Shown here one piece after another: positions 41,725 through 52,114 of a stretch of 64,000 nucleotides of DNA (within the stretch, counting starts at the first letter, position 1; every line of letters begins with the position of its first letter). The notes under the pieces were generated by a model that was not told where the DNA came from, ran no database searches, and saw only the letters and a list, made by a program, of their open reading frames with translations. The DNA comes from Actinomycetota bacterium (GTDB taxonomy: Bacteria; Actinomycetota; Acidimicrobiia; Acidimicrobiales; Microtrichaceae): NCBI GenBank assembly GCA_016703525.1, contig JADJBW010000003.1:19849-83848 (forward strand), written 5' to 3'. A program made the position numbers and the translations under genes.

Positions 41725-42978
41725 CTACGCCGCGTTGCTGCAGCCCGGCGGGTCCGACGGTCGCGGCGGGTCGCTCGGCTCGCTCGGGTCTTCGAGCTGA
41801 CCAAGGTGCACCTCGGCCCGCCGCTCGTCACCGGCGAACGACCAGGCGGCCAACGCGGCAGCGAAGCCCATGACGGCCACCCAGAGCCACATGACCATCG
41901 CCGAGTCGCGGCGATACAGGATCGGCGACACGAGCGCGCACACCATCGACCCGACCGCGTACGTGGCCTCGTACGCGCCCTGACCGGCCCCGGTCAGCCC
42001 GACCGGCACGGTTCCGCCCGCGACGGCGGACTGCCCCGCCGTGTAGACCACCGAGAACAACAGCGCGACCGCGGCGCCCAGCGCGGCCACCCAGCCGAGG
42101 TGTCGCGTCAGCCCGAACCCCGCGATGAACGGGCTTGCGGCCACGAGCGCTACGGCCCCCGCCCGCACCGGCCCGACGTGGTCGACGAGGCGCCCGGCGA
42201 ACGGCATGGCGATCACCAGCGGGACGAACAGGGCGATCATCACCAACGTCAGCTCGTTGTCGGTGCCGCCGAGGTCCTTGAGGAACCGCGACGCGACGGC
42301 GTCGAACGTGCCGATCATCGCGGCGAATCCGAGCCCGATCACGATGCCCGCCCGGGCGAGCGGCAGGCGGAACACGCGCCGCATCTCCGCGCCGGAGGCA
42401 TGGTGCTCGCAGATGTCGGGCTCGGGCACGAGCGTCGCGATCGGGCCGACGGCTGCCAACAGGATCGCCAGCACCAGGAACGGCGTGTTCGGCGAATCGA
42501 AGGCCTGCTCGAGTTGCTTCGCGATCGGCAGGCCCAGCAGGAACCCGCCGATGTCGGCCGCGCCGGCCATCGAGATCGCCTTGCCCGGGTTGTGCGGGTC
42601 TTGCGCGAGGATCGCCCGCCGGGCCGACGGGATGAACGTGCCCGAGCCGAGCCCCACGAGCATGCGGGCCACGGCGAATTCCCACAGCGTCGACCCGAGC
42701 CAGAACCAGATCATGCCGGCCGCCGCGGTCGCGAGCCCGAACCAGAGCAGGCGGCGGGTGTGGCCCCGGTCGGCGAAGCGGGCGAGCCCGAGTTGTCCGA
42801 CGAGCGCGGCGGGGAACGCCGACGCGGCGATGAGCCCGAGCCCGGCCTCGTTGAATCCGAAGATCGGCGGGAACCGGTACTTGTCCTGCAGGTCGGCCAA
42901 CAGGCCGAACACGGCTCCGTAGCCCATGGCTTCGACGCAGATCGCGAGGAGCAGGGACGCGTTGCGGCGGGCAGCCAT
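41725..42978 (-). CDS. MFS transporter
   Basis: 12 predicted TM, MFS motif region (…FADRGHTRRLLW…GLGSG…). Confidence 0.8.
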   Translation of the reverse strand: MAARRNASLLLAICVEAMGYGAVFGLLADLQDKYRFPPIFGFNEAGLGLIAASAFPAALVGQLGLARFADRGHTRRLLWFGLATAAAGMIWFWLGSTLWEFAVARMLVGLGSGTFIPSARRAILAQDPHNPGKAISMAGAADIGGFLLGLPIAKQLEQAFDSPNTPFLVLAILLAAVGPIATLVPEPDICEHHASGAEMRRVFRLPLARAGIVIGLGFAAMIGTFDAVASRFLKDLGGTDNELTLVMIALFVPLVIAMPFAGRLVDHVGPVRAGAVALVAASPFIAGFGLTRHLGWVAALGAAVALLFSVVYTAGQSAVAGGTVPVGLTGAGQGAYEATYAVGSMVCALVSPILYRRDSAMVMWLWVAVMGFAAALAAWSFAGDERRAEVHLGQLEDPSEPSDPPRPSDPPGCSNAA

Positions 42979-43029
42979 TGGGCGAACACACTATCCCGAC
43001 GGGCTCCGCACGCTCGGTAGGGTGGCTGG

Positions 43030-43488
43030 GTGATTTGGCTGTTCACCGCGCTGAGCGTGGTCGTGTCGTTTGTGATCGCCGCGGTGACGGTCGGCTGGGT
43101 CGTCGAGCGTCAAGCCTCCCGGGCGCGGGTCGCGGTGTACGACCTGGACGCCGCGGTGCACTACGTGGCGGATCGGCTGTCGGAGGCGACCACCGCCGAG
43201 CTCAGCTACGACGACGTGGCCGACGTGCTCGGATGGCACCTCGACGAACTACGCGAACGCGGCGTCGCGTCGTTCCGCTCCGATGAGGCGCCGGGCGACG
43301 CGCTGGTCGTGGTCGACGAGGACGAGCCGGTCGCCCGCATCTTGGCGCGGATCGACGGAACCGACCGGGCGAACACCCTGACCGACGACCGTGTCGTCGA
43401 GATCCTGGCGACCCACGACGGGTACCTGCGCTCGATCGGGGCGGTCGGGCCCGCCGTGGGTGGGGATCCCGCCACGCCCGAGCCGTAG
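43030..43488 (+). CDS. hypothetical protein with N-terminal TM anchor
   Basis: clean 152-aa ORF. Confidence 0.45.
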   Translation: MIWLFTALSVVVSFVIAAVTVGWVVERQASRARVAVYDLDAAVHYVADRLSEATTAELSYDDVADVLGWHLDELRERGVASFRSDEAPGDALVVVDEDEPVARILARIDGTDRANTLTDDRVVEILATHDGYLRSIGAVGPAVGGDPATPEP

Positions 43489-43497
43489 GATGCCCCC

Positions 43498-43710
43498 ATG
43501 GATCGCCCATCGAAGTTCGAGCACAACCGATTTGTCGGCGACAAGCGGACCCAGGTCGTCTACGACGTCGACGAGCTCTCCGACGAGCATGCGCCTCTGA
43601 TCGACGAACTGCTCGCCGCCGAGACCTTCCTGTGCTTCGGCCCCGACACGCTCGCGGAGGCTCGCAACCGCGGGTACCGGCTCTTCCGGGCGCAGCGCGC
43701 CGCCTCCTGA
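43498..43710 (+). CDS. small hypothetical protein (70 aa)
   Basis: clean ORF MDRPSKFEHNRFVGDKRTQVVYDVDELSDEHAPLIDELLAAETFLCFGPD…. Confidence 0.4.
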   Translation: MDRPSKFEHNRFVGDKRTQVVYDVDELSDEHAPLIDELLAAETFLCFGPDTLAEARNRGYRLFRAQRAAS

Positions 43711-43726
43711 GCACGGGCGACACGCC

Positions 43727-44519
43727 GTGACCGGTCCCCCGTCGATGGATTACCGGTTCGAGTCGGCGGGTCTCGTGCTGTCGGGTCATCTCGCCGAACC
43801 CCCGGCGGGCCCGGCCCAGGTGCCCGGTCTGGTGCTGTGCCACGGGTTCCCGGTGCGGGGTCGTGAATCGCCGGCGTCGGGCCAGTCGTTCCCCGAACTC
43901 GCGGATCGCATCGCGACCGAGATGGGCTGGCTCGTGCTGACCATGAACTTCCGCGGGTGCGGCCATGCGGAGGGCGACTTCTCGATGCGCGGGTGGCTCG
44001 ACGACATCGGCGCCGCCGTCATGCATCTGCGCGACCTGGGCGTGGCCGACGTCTGGCTCGCCGGGTACGGCACCGGCGGAGCGATGTGTCTGTGCGCCGC
44101 GGCGGGACAGCTCGATCCGCGGCGTCGCGGCGATGGCGGCGCCGGCCGACTTCGACGACTGGGCGAGAAACCCTCGCCGCCTGCTGCAACACGCCCGCCA
44201 GGTGGGCGTGATCCGCCACGAGTGGTTCCCCCGCAGCTTCGAGGAATGGGCCGACGAGTTCCGTGCGCACACGGCGGTCGCCGCGGCCACCGACGTTGCC
44301 CCGAGGCCGCTGCTCGTGCTCCACGGCGACACCGACGATCTGGTGCCCAACTTCGACGCCCGCGTGATCGCCGATGCGCACGGCGACGCCGAACTCCGGA
44401 TCATCTCGGGCGGCGGGCACGAGCTTCGCCACGACCCGCGCGCCGTGGCGGTGCTGCTCGGCTGGCTCGCCCGCCAGCACGACGGCGACCCGCTCGTTCG
44501 GTACCTGCCGCCGGCCTGA
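43727..44519 (+). CDS. alpha/beta hydrolase (dienelactone hydrolase/peptidase S9-like), frameshift near 44105
   Basis: N-terminal half (…GLVLCHGFPV…TMNFRGCGHAEGDF…WLAGYGTGGAM) and C-terminal half (…LLVLHGDTDDLVP…ISGGGHELRHD…) in different frames. Confidence 0.65.
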
Positions 44520-44624
44520 GCCGAGGCGAAGTGCCCACTCCCGCCGCGGGCGCCGGGGGAGTAGCTTTTGCAGGTCTGACGACGCGCCGCGCTCGCTGGC
44601 ACACCGTCCGCTGGGATCCGCCTG

Positions 44625-47462
44625 ATGACCATTCCTCTTCGACTCGACCCACGGGGGTCCCTCGCATCCGACCGGTCCGACCGGTCCGGCGCGTCGCTCG
44701 GCCGTCAGGTGACCACGGTCGCGGTCGTGCTCGGCGGCGGGTTGCTGCTCGGTGCGATGTCGCGGCAGCTCGCGCTGGCGGCGCTGATCGTCGCCGTCGT
44801 GATCGGCGTTGCGTTCATCCGTTCGTTGCTCGCACACCCCGAGCTGCTGGTGAACATCGCCGTGTATTCGATGTGGTTCGACTCGGTGGGCGTCGGCTCA
44901 TTCCGGGTCGGTCGAGCGATCGCCGTGCTGGTCGCCGTCGTGATGGTGTTGCGGCTCGCGTTGACCAACTGGCGGCCTCCGGCGCTCGATCGCCGCGCCT
45001 GGCTGCCGATCGCGGTGTTCGTCGGGTGGGCGCTGGCGTCGGGGCTGTGGGCCGACAAGATCGGCTCGTGGGCCGTCGGCATCGGGGAGCTGTCCCTCGG
45101 CGTCGTCTTCGGCATCATCTACCTCTATTTCCTCGACAGCGAGGCCCAGTTGGCGAAAGCCTTCAAGGTCTTCGTGTGGCTCGGCGTGCCGCTGTCGATC
45201 GTGGGGTATGTGGCCTTCGAGCGGTACGACGACCTGGTGAAGGAGGCGGGTGTCGAGGACCGCGTGGTCGGCTTCACCGGCAACGCGAACGCCCTCGCCG
45301 CCCTCTACATGGCCACGATCCCGCTGGCCGTGGTCTTCTTCCGGCGCTCGACCCGTCGGATCGAGCAGGCGGGGTACCTCGTGGTGATCGCCGCGATGTT
45401 CGTCGGTCTCGTCTCGACCGGATCGCGGGCCGGGTTGCTCCTGCTCGGCGCGATCCTCATGTACGTCTTCGTCACGTCGCCGGGCTTCACCCGGCGCGAG
45501 CGGGTGTGGACCGGGTTGGCCGGGTTCTTCGTGACGCTCATCGCGTTCCTCATTGCCGGCGCGCTGAACCCCGAGCGCTATTCGCTGTCGGGATTTCTCG
45601 GCCCGGGCGGCGCCGGCCGCGAGGACTTCTGGAACGCTGCGGTCAAGACGTTCGGGTCGCATCCGATCCAGGGCTCGGGCATGGGCGTGTTCCGCAACAA
45701 CATGTTCGACATCCTCTCGAAGGTGTCGGGTGGATCGCTCGATCCCACCCGCAGCCCGATCAACCGGAACAAGGGCCACCTCGAGGCGCACAACATGTAC
45801 CTCACGCTGCTCCTCGACCTGGGAATCGTCGGCATGATGGCGTGGGTCGGCATGTACGTGTCGGTGCTGCGCAACCTCTGGGGGCAACGCAACTCGGTGT
45901 ATCGCGACTGGGTCTGGGCGTTCGGGGGAATCCACCTGAGCGTGCTGATCACGGCGATGTTCGCGTCGGACTACAACACGAAGTTCCAGTGGACTGTGAT
46001 CGGGTTCTCGGGAGCGGCCTACGGCCGGACGGTGGTGCGCCACGACGTCGACGGCCGGCTGGAGACGGCGCGGGCGACCGGGCAGCTTCGCCATCGCCTC
46101 CCGTTCGTTCGTCTCGCATCGCTCGTCGCGCTCGTTGCGTTTGTCCTGACGGCGACGAGCTTCGCGACGTTCGGCTCGACCCGCCACGTCGCGACCGCCG
46201 AGGTGTTCGCGGTGCAGTTCGAGAAGGTGACCACCAGCAAGGGCATGCCGCTCGACGACTCGCGAATCCAGCTGATCCTGAACCTCGTCCGCTCCGACCT
46301 CTACACGGCCGAGGTTGCCGCGCAGGCCGATCTGTCGATGCCGATCTCGGAGCTGCGGGACCGTATCGACGCCACCCGCCTCAAGTTCTCGGCGGTGGTG
46401 CAGATCTCGGTGTCGCTCGACAGCGAGGCCGACGCCCGGCGTGCGTCGATGGTCCTGGTGTCGTCACTCGACAGCGTGTTCGAGAAGGCCCGCGCCAACA
46501 TGGCGGCGGCCGACGGGACCGACACCCGCGATCTGATGCCCGATGTCCCCTCCGGGTATGTGGGCCCGCTGTACATGCGGTTCGAGAACCACCCCGAGAT
46601 CACCACGATTCCGCCGCGAACCATCGTCAACGGGCTCGTCGGTGCGCTCGTCGCGGTGTTCGGCCTGGTCTGTTGGACCGCGGCCCGCCAGGACGGTCGA
46701 GCGCTCTCGACGGCCGAGGGCATGGAGGTTCGTCTCGGCTCGGTTCCGATCATCGGGCGACTCGGACGACTCCCGCTCTCACCCCTCGCCCGGCAGCGAC
46801 GGCGGGCGGCGCGGGCCGCATCGACCGCGTTCGCGGACACCGTCATGGCTCGCACGCCGGTGCCGGCCGACGGTTCGGCGCCCGTGGTCGGAATGAGCGC
46901 GGATGGCATCGACCGCCTGCGTGCCGATGCGGTGCTGTCGTTGCTCGGCGGGCTGATCGATACCTCCGACCGCCCGGTCGTGTTCGTCGATCTCGCCGGC
47001 GATGTCGGACCGCGGCTGGGCCTGCGTGGTCGCCCCGGCGTGGGCGAGGTCGTGCACGGCCGCGAGACCCTCGACGCGGTGCTCGTGTCGGTGCCGTGCG
47101 ATCGGTTGCCGCGCTCGGTCCGATCCCGGCCGGATGGCCCGCGAACGGGCGACGGCTCGGATCCTGAAACCGAGACCGGCTCGTTCCGTGCGCTCCCGGC
47201 CGGTCAGCTGGCCGTGCGCGACGCCGAGGCCGAGGCGCTCGGCGGTGTGATCGAGTCGCTGCGTTCCACCGCGACCGTCGTGGTCGACTTCGGCGACATC
47301 GAGGGTCGGGCGGGTATCGGCGAGGCGCTGCGCGAATGCGACCTCGTCGGTGTGGTCGTGCTCGACGGGTGGACCGAGGTCGTTCCCACCTCGGCGATCG
47401 CCGGACGTGCCCGAGCGGCGGGCGCCGAGGTCGGCGTGCTCGTCATCGACAACGGCAACTGA
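44625..47462 (+). CDS. O-antigen ligase (Wzy_C)-domain membrane protein fused to Wzz/chain-length-determinant-like and degenerate P-loop-like C-terminal domains
   Basis: Wzy_C region (…STGSRAGLLLLGAILM…HLEAHNMYLTLLLDLGIVG…), later TM-flanked coiled-coil segment and C-terminal soluble domain; 945 aa. Confidence 0.65.
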   Translation: MTIPLRLDPRGSLASDRSDRSGASLGRQVTTVAVVLGGGLLLGAMSRQLALAALIVAVVIGVAFIRSLLAHPELLVNIAVYSMWFDSVGVGSFRVGRAIAVLVAVVMVLRLALTNWRPPALDRRAWLPIAVFVGWALASGLWADKIGSWAVGIGELSLGVVFGIIYLYFLDSEAQLAKAFKVFVWLGVPLSIVGYVAFERYDDLVKEAGVEDRVVGFTGNANALAALYMATIPLAVVFFRRSTRRIEQAGYLVVIAAMFVGLVSTGSRAGLLLLGAILMYVFVTSPGFTRRERVWTGLAGFFVTLIAFLIAGALNPERYSLSGFLGPGGAGREDFWNAAVKTFGSHPIQGSGMGVFRNNMFDILSKVSGGSLDPTRSPINRNKGHLEAHNMYLTLLLDLGIVGMMAWVGMYVSVLRNLWGQRNSVYRDWVWAFGGIHLSVLITAMFASDYNTKFQWTVIGFSGAAYGRTVVRHDVDGRLETARATGQLRHRLPFVRLASLVALVAFVLTATSFATFGSTRHVATAEVFAVQFEKVTTSKGMPLDDSRIQLILNLVRSDLYTAEVAAQADLSMPISELRDRIDATRLKFSAVVQISVSLDSEADARRASMVLVSSLDSVFEKARANMAAADGTDTRDLMPDVPSGYVGPLYMRFENHPEITTIPPRTIVNGLVGALVAVFGLVCWTAARQDGRALSTAEGMEVRLGSVPIIGRLGRLPLSPLARQRRRAARAASTAFADTVMARTPVPADGSAPVVGMSADGIDRLRADAVLSLLGGLIDTSDRPVVFVDLAGDVGPRLGLRGRPGVGEVVHGRETLDAVLVSVPCDRLPRSVRSRPDGPRTGDGSDPETETGSFRALPAGQLAVRDAEAEALGGVIESLRSTATVVVDFGDIEGRAGIGEALRECDLVGVVVLDGWTEVVPTSAIAGRARAAGAEVGVLVIDNGN

Positions 47463-47467
47463 CCGGG

Positions 47468-47539
47468 CGCTCCGGCACGGCCAGCCAGGTGCGCTCCGGC
47501 ACGGCCGGTCAGGTGCGCTCCGGCACGGCCGGTCAGGTG
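47468..47539. repeat. tandem direct repeat, 24-bp unit x3 (GCGCTCCGGCACGGCCGGTCAGGT)
   Basis: three adjacent copies (1st with 3 substitutions) in the 70-bp gap between convergent genes. Confidence 0.8.
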
Positions 47540-48738
47540 GGTTCGCTGCCCGCCGGGCCCACGGGCGTGTACGCGAATCGCCGCTTGAGCCGCAGCCATG
47601 GCTGCTCCCAGACGACCCAGGTGACGCGAGCGATCAGCAGCGAAAGCCCGCCCGCGACCGCCAGGTTCACGACGCTGTCGAACAGCGTCACGGGCGATCC
47701 GCCGATCGACAGCTTCCCGCCCGAGCGTTCCTTCATCGCGGCGGCGATCGGGAAGTGGAACAGGTAGATCGCGTACGAGTACTTGCCGAGCGTCAGGTTG
47801 AGGCGGCTGTTGGTGAAGCGCGTGGCCCAGGGCGACAGGCGGTCGGTGTAGGCGCCGAGCACGTAGAGCAGAAACGCGACCGACACGAACGTGAGCCCCG
47901 GGCCGTAGACCAGCTTCGGGATGACCTCGGAGGCGTCGCCTTCGAGCGTGATGGTCGGAAGCCACGCGAACGCGACGAGCGCCAACCATCGACGCCGACC
48001 GAGCGCCCGCCGCGCGGGCTCGAGGCGCTGGCGCACGACGGCGTCGCGCACGTACAGCGCTCCGATGGCGCCGATCACGAGCGAGTCGATCCGGGTGAAG
48101 GTGTATTCGCGTGCCTGCCACTCGGGCGTCAGCGCGCCGGCGTACACGAGCCCGGTGCGCAGCAGGAACGTCGCCACGACGATGCCGCTGAACGCTCGGA
48201 ATCGCCAGGACGCCGGGATGGCAGCGACCACGAGCGGCCAGAACAGATAGAACTGTTCCTCGATCGCGAGCGACCACAGGTGGCCCAGCCCGGGAAGTGA
48301 GCGCGGGCCCTGCGCCAGCACGAAGTTCTGGAGGTAGACCCACACGGTCCACAGTCCGCTCGGCCCGTCGGCGAGCGCCCGGAGGTCGGTGACGCCGCCC
48401 ATCTTGTCGGGCAACAGCGACGCGGCGGGCGCCACCACGAAGAGCATGAGCGCAACGAACAGGTAGTACAGCGGGAGGATGCGCACCGCTCGTCGGGCGT
48501 AGAAGTTGGCGAAGAAGCCGGGTTGGTCGCGGGTTTCGACGAGGATGCCGGTGATCAGGAACCCGGACAGCACGAAGAACAGGTCGACGCCGCGCTCGCC
48601 GACGATCCCCCACGACTGGGTCGAGTCGAAGGTGTGAAACACGAGGGTCAACAGGATGGCGCCGCCGCGGACCCCGTCGAGTGCCGCGACGCGAGGCAGC
48701 GCCGCACCGTCCTCGGTGGTCTGAAGGGTCGAACTCAC
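47533..48738 (-). CDS. acyltransferase 3 family membrane protein
   Basis: …LDGVRGGAILLTLVFH…GVDLFFVLSGFLITG…; GTG start chosen at VSSTLQ. Confidence 0.75.
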   Translation of the reverse strand: MSSTLQTTEDGAALPRVAALDGVRGGAILLTLVFHTFDSTQSWGIVGERGVDLFFVLSGFLITGILVETRDQPGFFANFYARRAVRILPLYYLFVALMLFVVAPAASLLPDKMGGVTDLRALADGPSGLWTVWVYLQNFVLAQGPRSLPGLGHLWSLAIEEQFYLFWPLVVAAIPASWRFRAFSGIVVATFLLRTGLVYAGALTPEWQAREYTFTRIDSLVIGAIGALYVRDAVVRQRLEPARRALGRRRWLALVAFAWLPTITLEGDASEVIPKLVYGPGLTFVSVAFLLYVLGAYTDRLSPWATRFTNSRLNLTLGKYSYAIYLFHFPIAAAMKERSGGKLSIGGSPVTLFDSVVNLAVAGGLSLLIARVTWVVWEQPWLRLKRRFAYTPVGPAGSEPT

Positions 48739-48832
48739 AGTCGGCCACTCTACGGCCGAGTCGCGCTCCCGGAGTCGACCCGCTTGGTGGGCGACCGGGG
48801 CGTCGCCGGCCCGGTCGCCGGTGTCCGCGTGG

Positions 48833-51535
48833 TCATCGACGCCACGGTGGCTCGTCGTCGGTGGCGATGCCGAGGTCGGCGATCGCTCGGGCCAGGACCT
48901 TCCGCTTGATCGTCCCGTTCTTGACGAGTTCGCCGAGCACCGACACGACCAGGCCCGCCGCATCGATCTCGAAGAACCGCCGGAGCGCCTCGCGGGTGTC
49001 GGAGCGCCCGAACCCGTCGGTTCCGAGCGATGTGTACGGCCGGGGCACCCAGCGAGCAACCTGGTCGGGAACCGCCCGCACGAAGTCGGTCACGGCGACC
49101 ACCGGTCCGGCGCCCGCGGCGAGCAGCGAGGTGACTCGCGGCGTGCGGGGCGTCTCGGTGGGATGCAGCAGGTTCCACCGCTCCACCTGCATGGCGTCGT
49201 CGCGCAGCGCCTTGTACGAGGTCGCGCTCCACAGGTCGACCCCGACGCCGAAGCGTTCGGCGAGGATCTGGCGGGCCTCGGCCGCGGCCTGCCAGGTCGA
49301 CCCCGAGAACAGGATCGTGGCCGGGACGAGATCGCCGTCGGGCCGGTCCTGCCAGCGGTACAGCCCGTCGATCGCGCCACGCCCGACGTCGGCCGACCGG
49401 TCGGGGTCGAGCGGTGGCATCGGGTAGTTCTCGTTGTAGAGCGTGAGGTAATAGAACTCGTCGATGTTGTCGCGCAGCATGGCGGTCGTGCCGTGCTCGA
49501 CGATCGCCGCGACCTCGTAGGCGAACGCCGGGTCGTAGGCGCGGCACACCGGAACGGCCGACGCGAGCAGCAGGCTGTGGCCGTCCTGATGCTGGAGCCC
49601 TTCGCCCATGAGCGTGGTGCGGCCGGCCGTGGCGCCGAGGATGAAGCCGCGGGCGCGGGCATCGGCCGCGGCCCAGATCAGGTCGCCGACGCGCTGGAAC
49701 CCGAACATCGAATAGAAGATGAAGAACGGGAGCATCGGCACGCCGCGGGTGGCGTAGCTCGTCGCCGCAGCGGTCCACGAGGCCATCGCGCCTGCCTCGG
49801 TGATGCCCTCCTCCAGGATCGCTCCGTCGGTCGACTCCTTGTAGTTCAACAGCAGGTGGTGGTCGACCGGCTCGTACTTCTGGCCGACCGAGCTGTAGAT
49901 GCCGATCTCGGGGAACAGCGAGTCCATGCCGAACGTGCGGGCCTCGTCGGGCACGATCGGCACGATGCGCCGCCCGATCGCCGCGTCGCGGGTGAGGCCT
50001 CGCAGCAGGCGTACGAAGGCCATCGTCGTCGACACCGGCTGCGTGCCCGACCCGGTGCGCAGGTCGTCGAAGACGGCCGGGTCGGGTAGTTCGATCGCTC
50101 GGCGCACGGTGACCTGCCGCTTCGGGAGCGATCCGCCCAGTGCGCGCCGTCGCGCGTGCACATAGTCGTGTTCCGGCGTCCCTTCGGCGAAGCGCACGAA
50201 GGGCGGCTCGTGCCCGTCGAGCGCCTCATCGGGGATCAGACCGCCGAGTTGCAGTCGGTCACGCAGCTCGCGAATCTGCGCGGCGTTCATCTTCTTGATC
50301 TGGTGGGTCGAGTTGCGTCCGGCGACCTGCTCGCCGAGGGTCCATCCCTTGATGGTCTTGGCGAGGATCACGGTCGGCCGTCCCGTCGACCCGTGCGTCG
50401 CCCGGTGGTAGGCCGCGTACAGCTTGCGGTAGTCGTGGCCGCCGCGGCGCAGCTGCGAGATGTCGTCGTCGCTCAGGTGTTCCACCAGTTGGCGCAACCG
50501 CGGGTCGGGGCCGAAGAAGTGCTCGCGCGCATATGAGCCGGGCTCCACGGCGTAGCGCTGGAACTCGCCGTCGACCGTTGCGTTCATCTTGTCGACGAGC
50601 GCGCCGTCGCGGTCGGCTTCGAGCAGCGGGTCCCAGTCGTGGCCCCACACCACCTTGATCACGTCCCATCCGGCGCCGCGGAAGACGCCCTCGAGCTCCT
50701 GGATGATCTTGCCGTTGCCGCGCACGGGGCCGTCGAGGCGCTGGAGGTTGCAGTTGACCACCCACGTGAGGTTGTCGAGCCGCTCGCGGCCGGCCAGCGC
50801 GATGGCGCCAAGCGTCTCGGGCTCGTCGGTTTCGCCGTCGCCGACGAAGCACCACACTCGCGATTCGTCGGTCGCATCGATCCGGCGGTTGTGCAGGTAG
50901 CGGTTGAACCGAGCGTGGTAGATCGAGTTGATCGGGCCCAGGCCCATCGACACGGTCGGGAATTCCCAGAAGTCGGGCATCAGCCGCGGATGCGGATACG
51001 ACGGCAGGCCACCCCCGGCGATCTCGCGCCGGAACCCGTCGAGCTGCGCCTCGTCGAGGCGACCCTCCACGAACGCCCGTGCGTAGATGCCGGGGGCGGC
51101 GTGGCCTTGGATGTACAGGTGGTCGCCGGCGTTGCCGTTGTCCTTGCCCGCGAAGAAGTGGTTGAAGCCCACGTCGTAGAGCGCGGCCGAACTCGCGAAC
51201 GTCGACAGGTGGCCGCCGATGCCCTCGGCGCGGTGGTTCGCGCGCACCACCATGGCCACGGCGTTCCAGCGGATGACGGCCCGGATTCGGCGCTCGATCA
51301 TCTCGTCGCCGGGGAACCACGGCTCCTCGTGACGCGGGATGGTGTTGATGTACGGCGTGACGAGCAGTCCCGAGTTGTCGATGCCGAGATCCTGGGCTCG
51401 GTCCTCAAGGCGGGCGAGCAGGAACGACGCTCGTGCCCGGCCCCGCTGCTGGGCGACCGACTCGAACGAGTCGATCCACTCGGCGGTCTCGTCGGGGTCG
51501 ACATCGGGGATCTGGCCGAGAAAGCCGTCGGTCAT
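48833..51535 (-). CDS. aceE: pyruvate dehydrogenase E1 component, homodimeric type (AceE)
   Basis: 900-aa match to AceE (…HLYIQGHAAPGIYARAFVEGRL…, …GDGETDEPE…), start at MTDGFLGQ. Confidence 0.95.
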   Translation of the reverse strand: MTDGFLGQIPDVDPDETAEWIDSFESVAQQRGRARASFLLARLEDRAQDLGIDNSGLLVTPYINTIPRHEEPWFPGDEMIERRIRAVIRWNAVAMVVRANHRAEGIGGHLSTFASSAALYDVGFNHFFAGKDNGNAGDHLYIQGHAAPGIYARAFVEGRLDEAQLDGFRREIAGGGLPSYPHPRLMPDFWEFPTVSMGLGPINSIYHARFNRYLHNRRIDATDESRVWCFVGDGETDEPETLGAIALAGRERLDNLTWVVNCNLQRLDGPVRGNGKIIQELEGVFRGAGWDVIKVVWGHDWDPLLEADRDGALVDKMNATVDGEFQRYAVEPGSYAREHFFGPDPRLRQLVEHLSDDDISQLRRGGHDYRKLYAAYHRATHGSTGRPTVILAKTIKGWTLGEQVAGRNSTHQIKKMNAAQIRELRDRLQLGGLIPDEALDGHEPPFVRFAEGTPEHDYVHARRRALGGSLPKRQVTVRRAIELPDPAVFDDLRTGSGTQPVSTTMAFVRLLRGLTRDAAIGRRIVPIVPDEARTFGMDSLFPEIGIYSSVGQKYEPVDHHLLLNYKESTDGAILEEGITEAGAMASWTAAATSYATRGVPMLPFFIFYSMFGFQRVGDLIWAAADARARGFILGATAGRTTLMGEGLQHQDGHSLLLASAVPVCRAYDPAFAYEVAAIVEHGTTAMLRDNIDEFYYLTLYNENYPMPPLDPDRSADVGRGAIDGLYRWQDRPDGDLVPATILFSGSTWQAAAEARQILAERFGVGVDLWSATSYKALRDDAMQVERWNLLHPTETPRTPRVTSLLAAGAGPVVAVTDFVRAVPDQVARWVPRPYTSLGTDGFGRSDTREALRRFFEIDAAGLVVSVLGELVKNGTIKRKVLARAIADLGIATDDEPPWRR

Positions 51536-51660
51536 GCGTGGCGCTCCTTGTCCGTCCGGGCGACCCCGTGGCGGCGGCGCGACGCCGTGCACGTGGTGGT
51601 CGAGCCTATTGGCGCACCGGGTCGATGTGGCGGGCGCGGTGCCGGTAGCGTCCCGCAGCC

Positions 51661-52113
51661 ATGGGACGGATCGTGTTCACCGATGGTGCGTGTTCGGGTA
51701 ACCCCGGTCCGGGCGGCTGGGCCTGGGCGCTGGGGGCCGACGATTTCGCGGCCGGCTACGACCCGGCCACGACGAACCAGCGCATGGAGATCACCGCCGC
51801 GTTCCGTGCGGTGCAGGCGCTCGACGGGCCGCTGGAGATCCGGAGCGACTCGACCTACGTCGTGAACTGCTTCAACCAGCATTGGTGGCGCGGCTGGCAC
51901 GCGCGCGGCTGGACCAACTCGCAGCGCAAGCCGGTCGCCAACCGCGACCTGTGGGAGCCGTTCATCGACCTCGTGCGGGCGCGGGGCGACGTGACCTTCA
52001 CCTGGGTGAAGGGCCACTCGGGGAACCCGATGAACGATCTGGTCGATCGGCTCGCCGTCGCGGCCGTCACCAACCGGGCCCCGTCCTCGGGCGGAGTGGG
52101 CGGCGCGGCCTGA
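51661..52113 (+). CDS. rnhA: ribonuclease HI
   Basis: DEDD catalytic residues in context (VFTDGACSGNPGPGGWA…MEITA…SDSTYV…GHSGNPMNDLVDRLA). Confidence 0.9.
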   Translation: MGRIVFTDGACSGNPGPGGWAWALGADDFAAGYDPATTNQRMEITAAFRAVQALDGPLEIRSDSTYVVNCFNQHWWRGWHARGWTNSQRKPVANRDLWEPFIDLVRARGDVTFTWVKGHSGNPMNDLVDRLAVAAVTNRAPSSGGVGGAA

Positions 52114-52114
52114 C

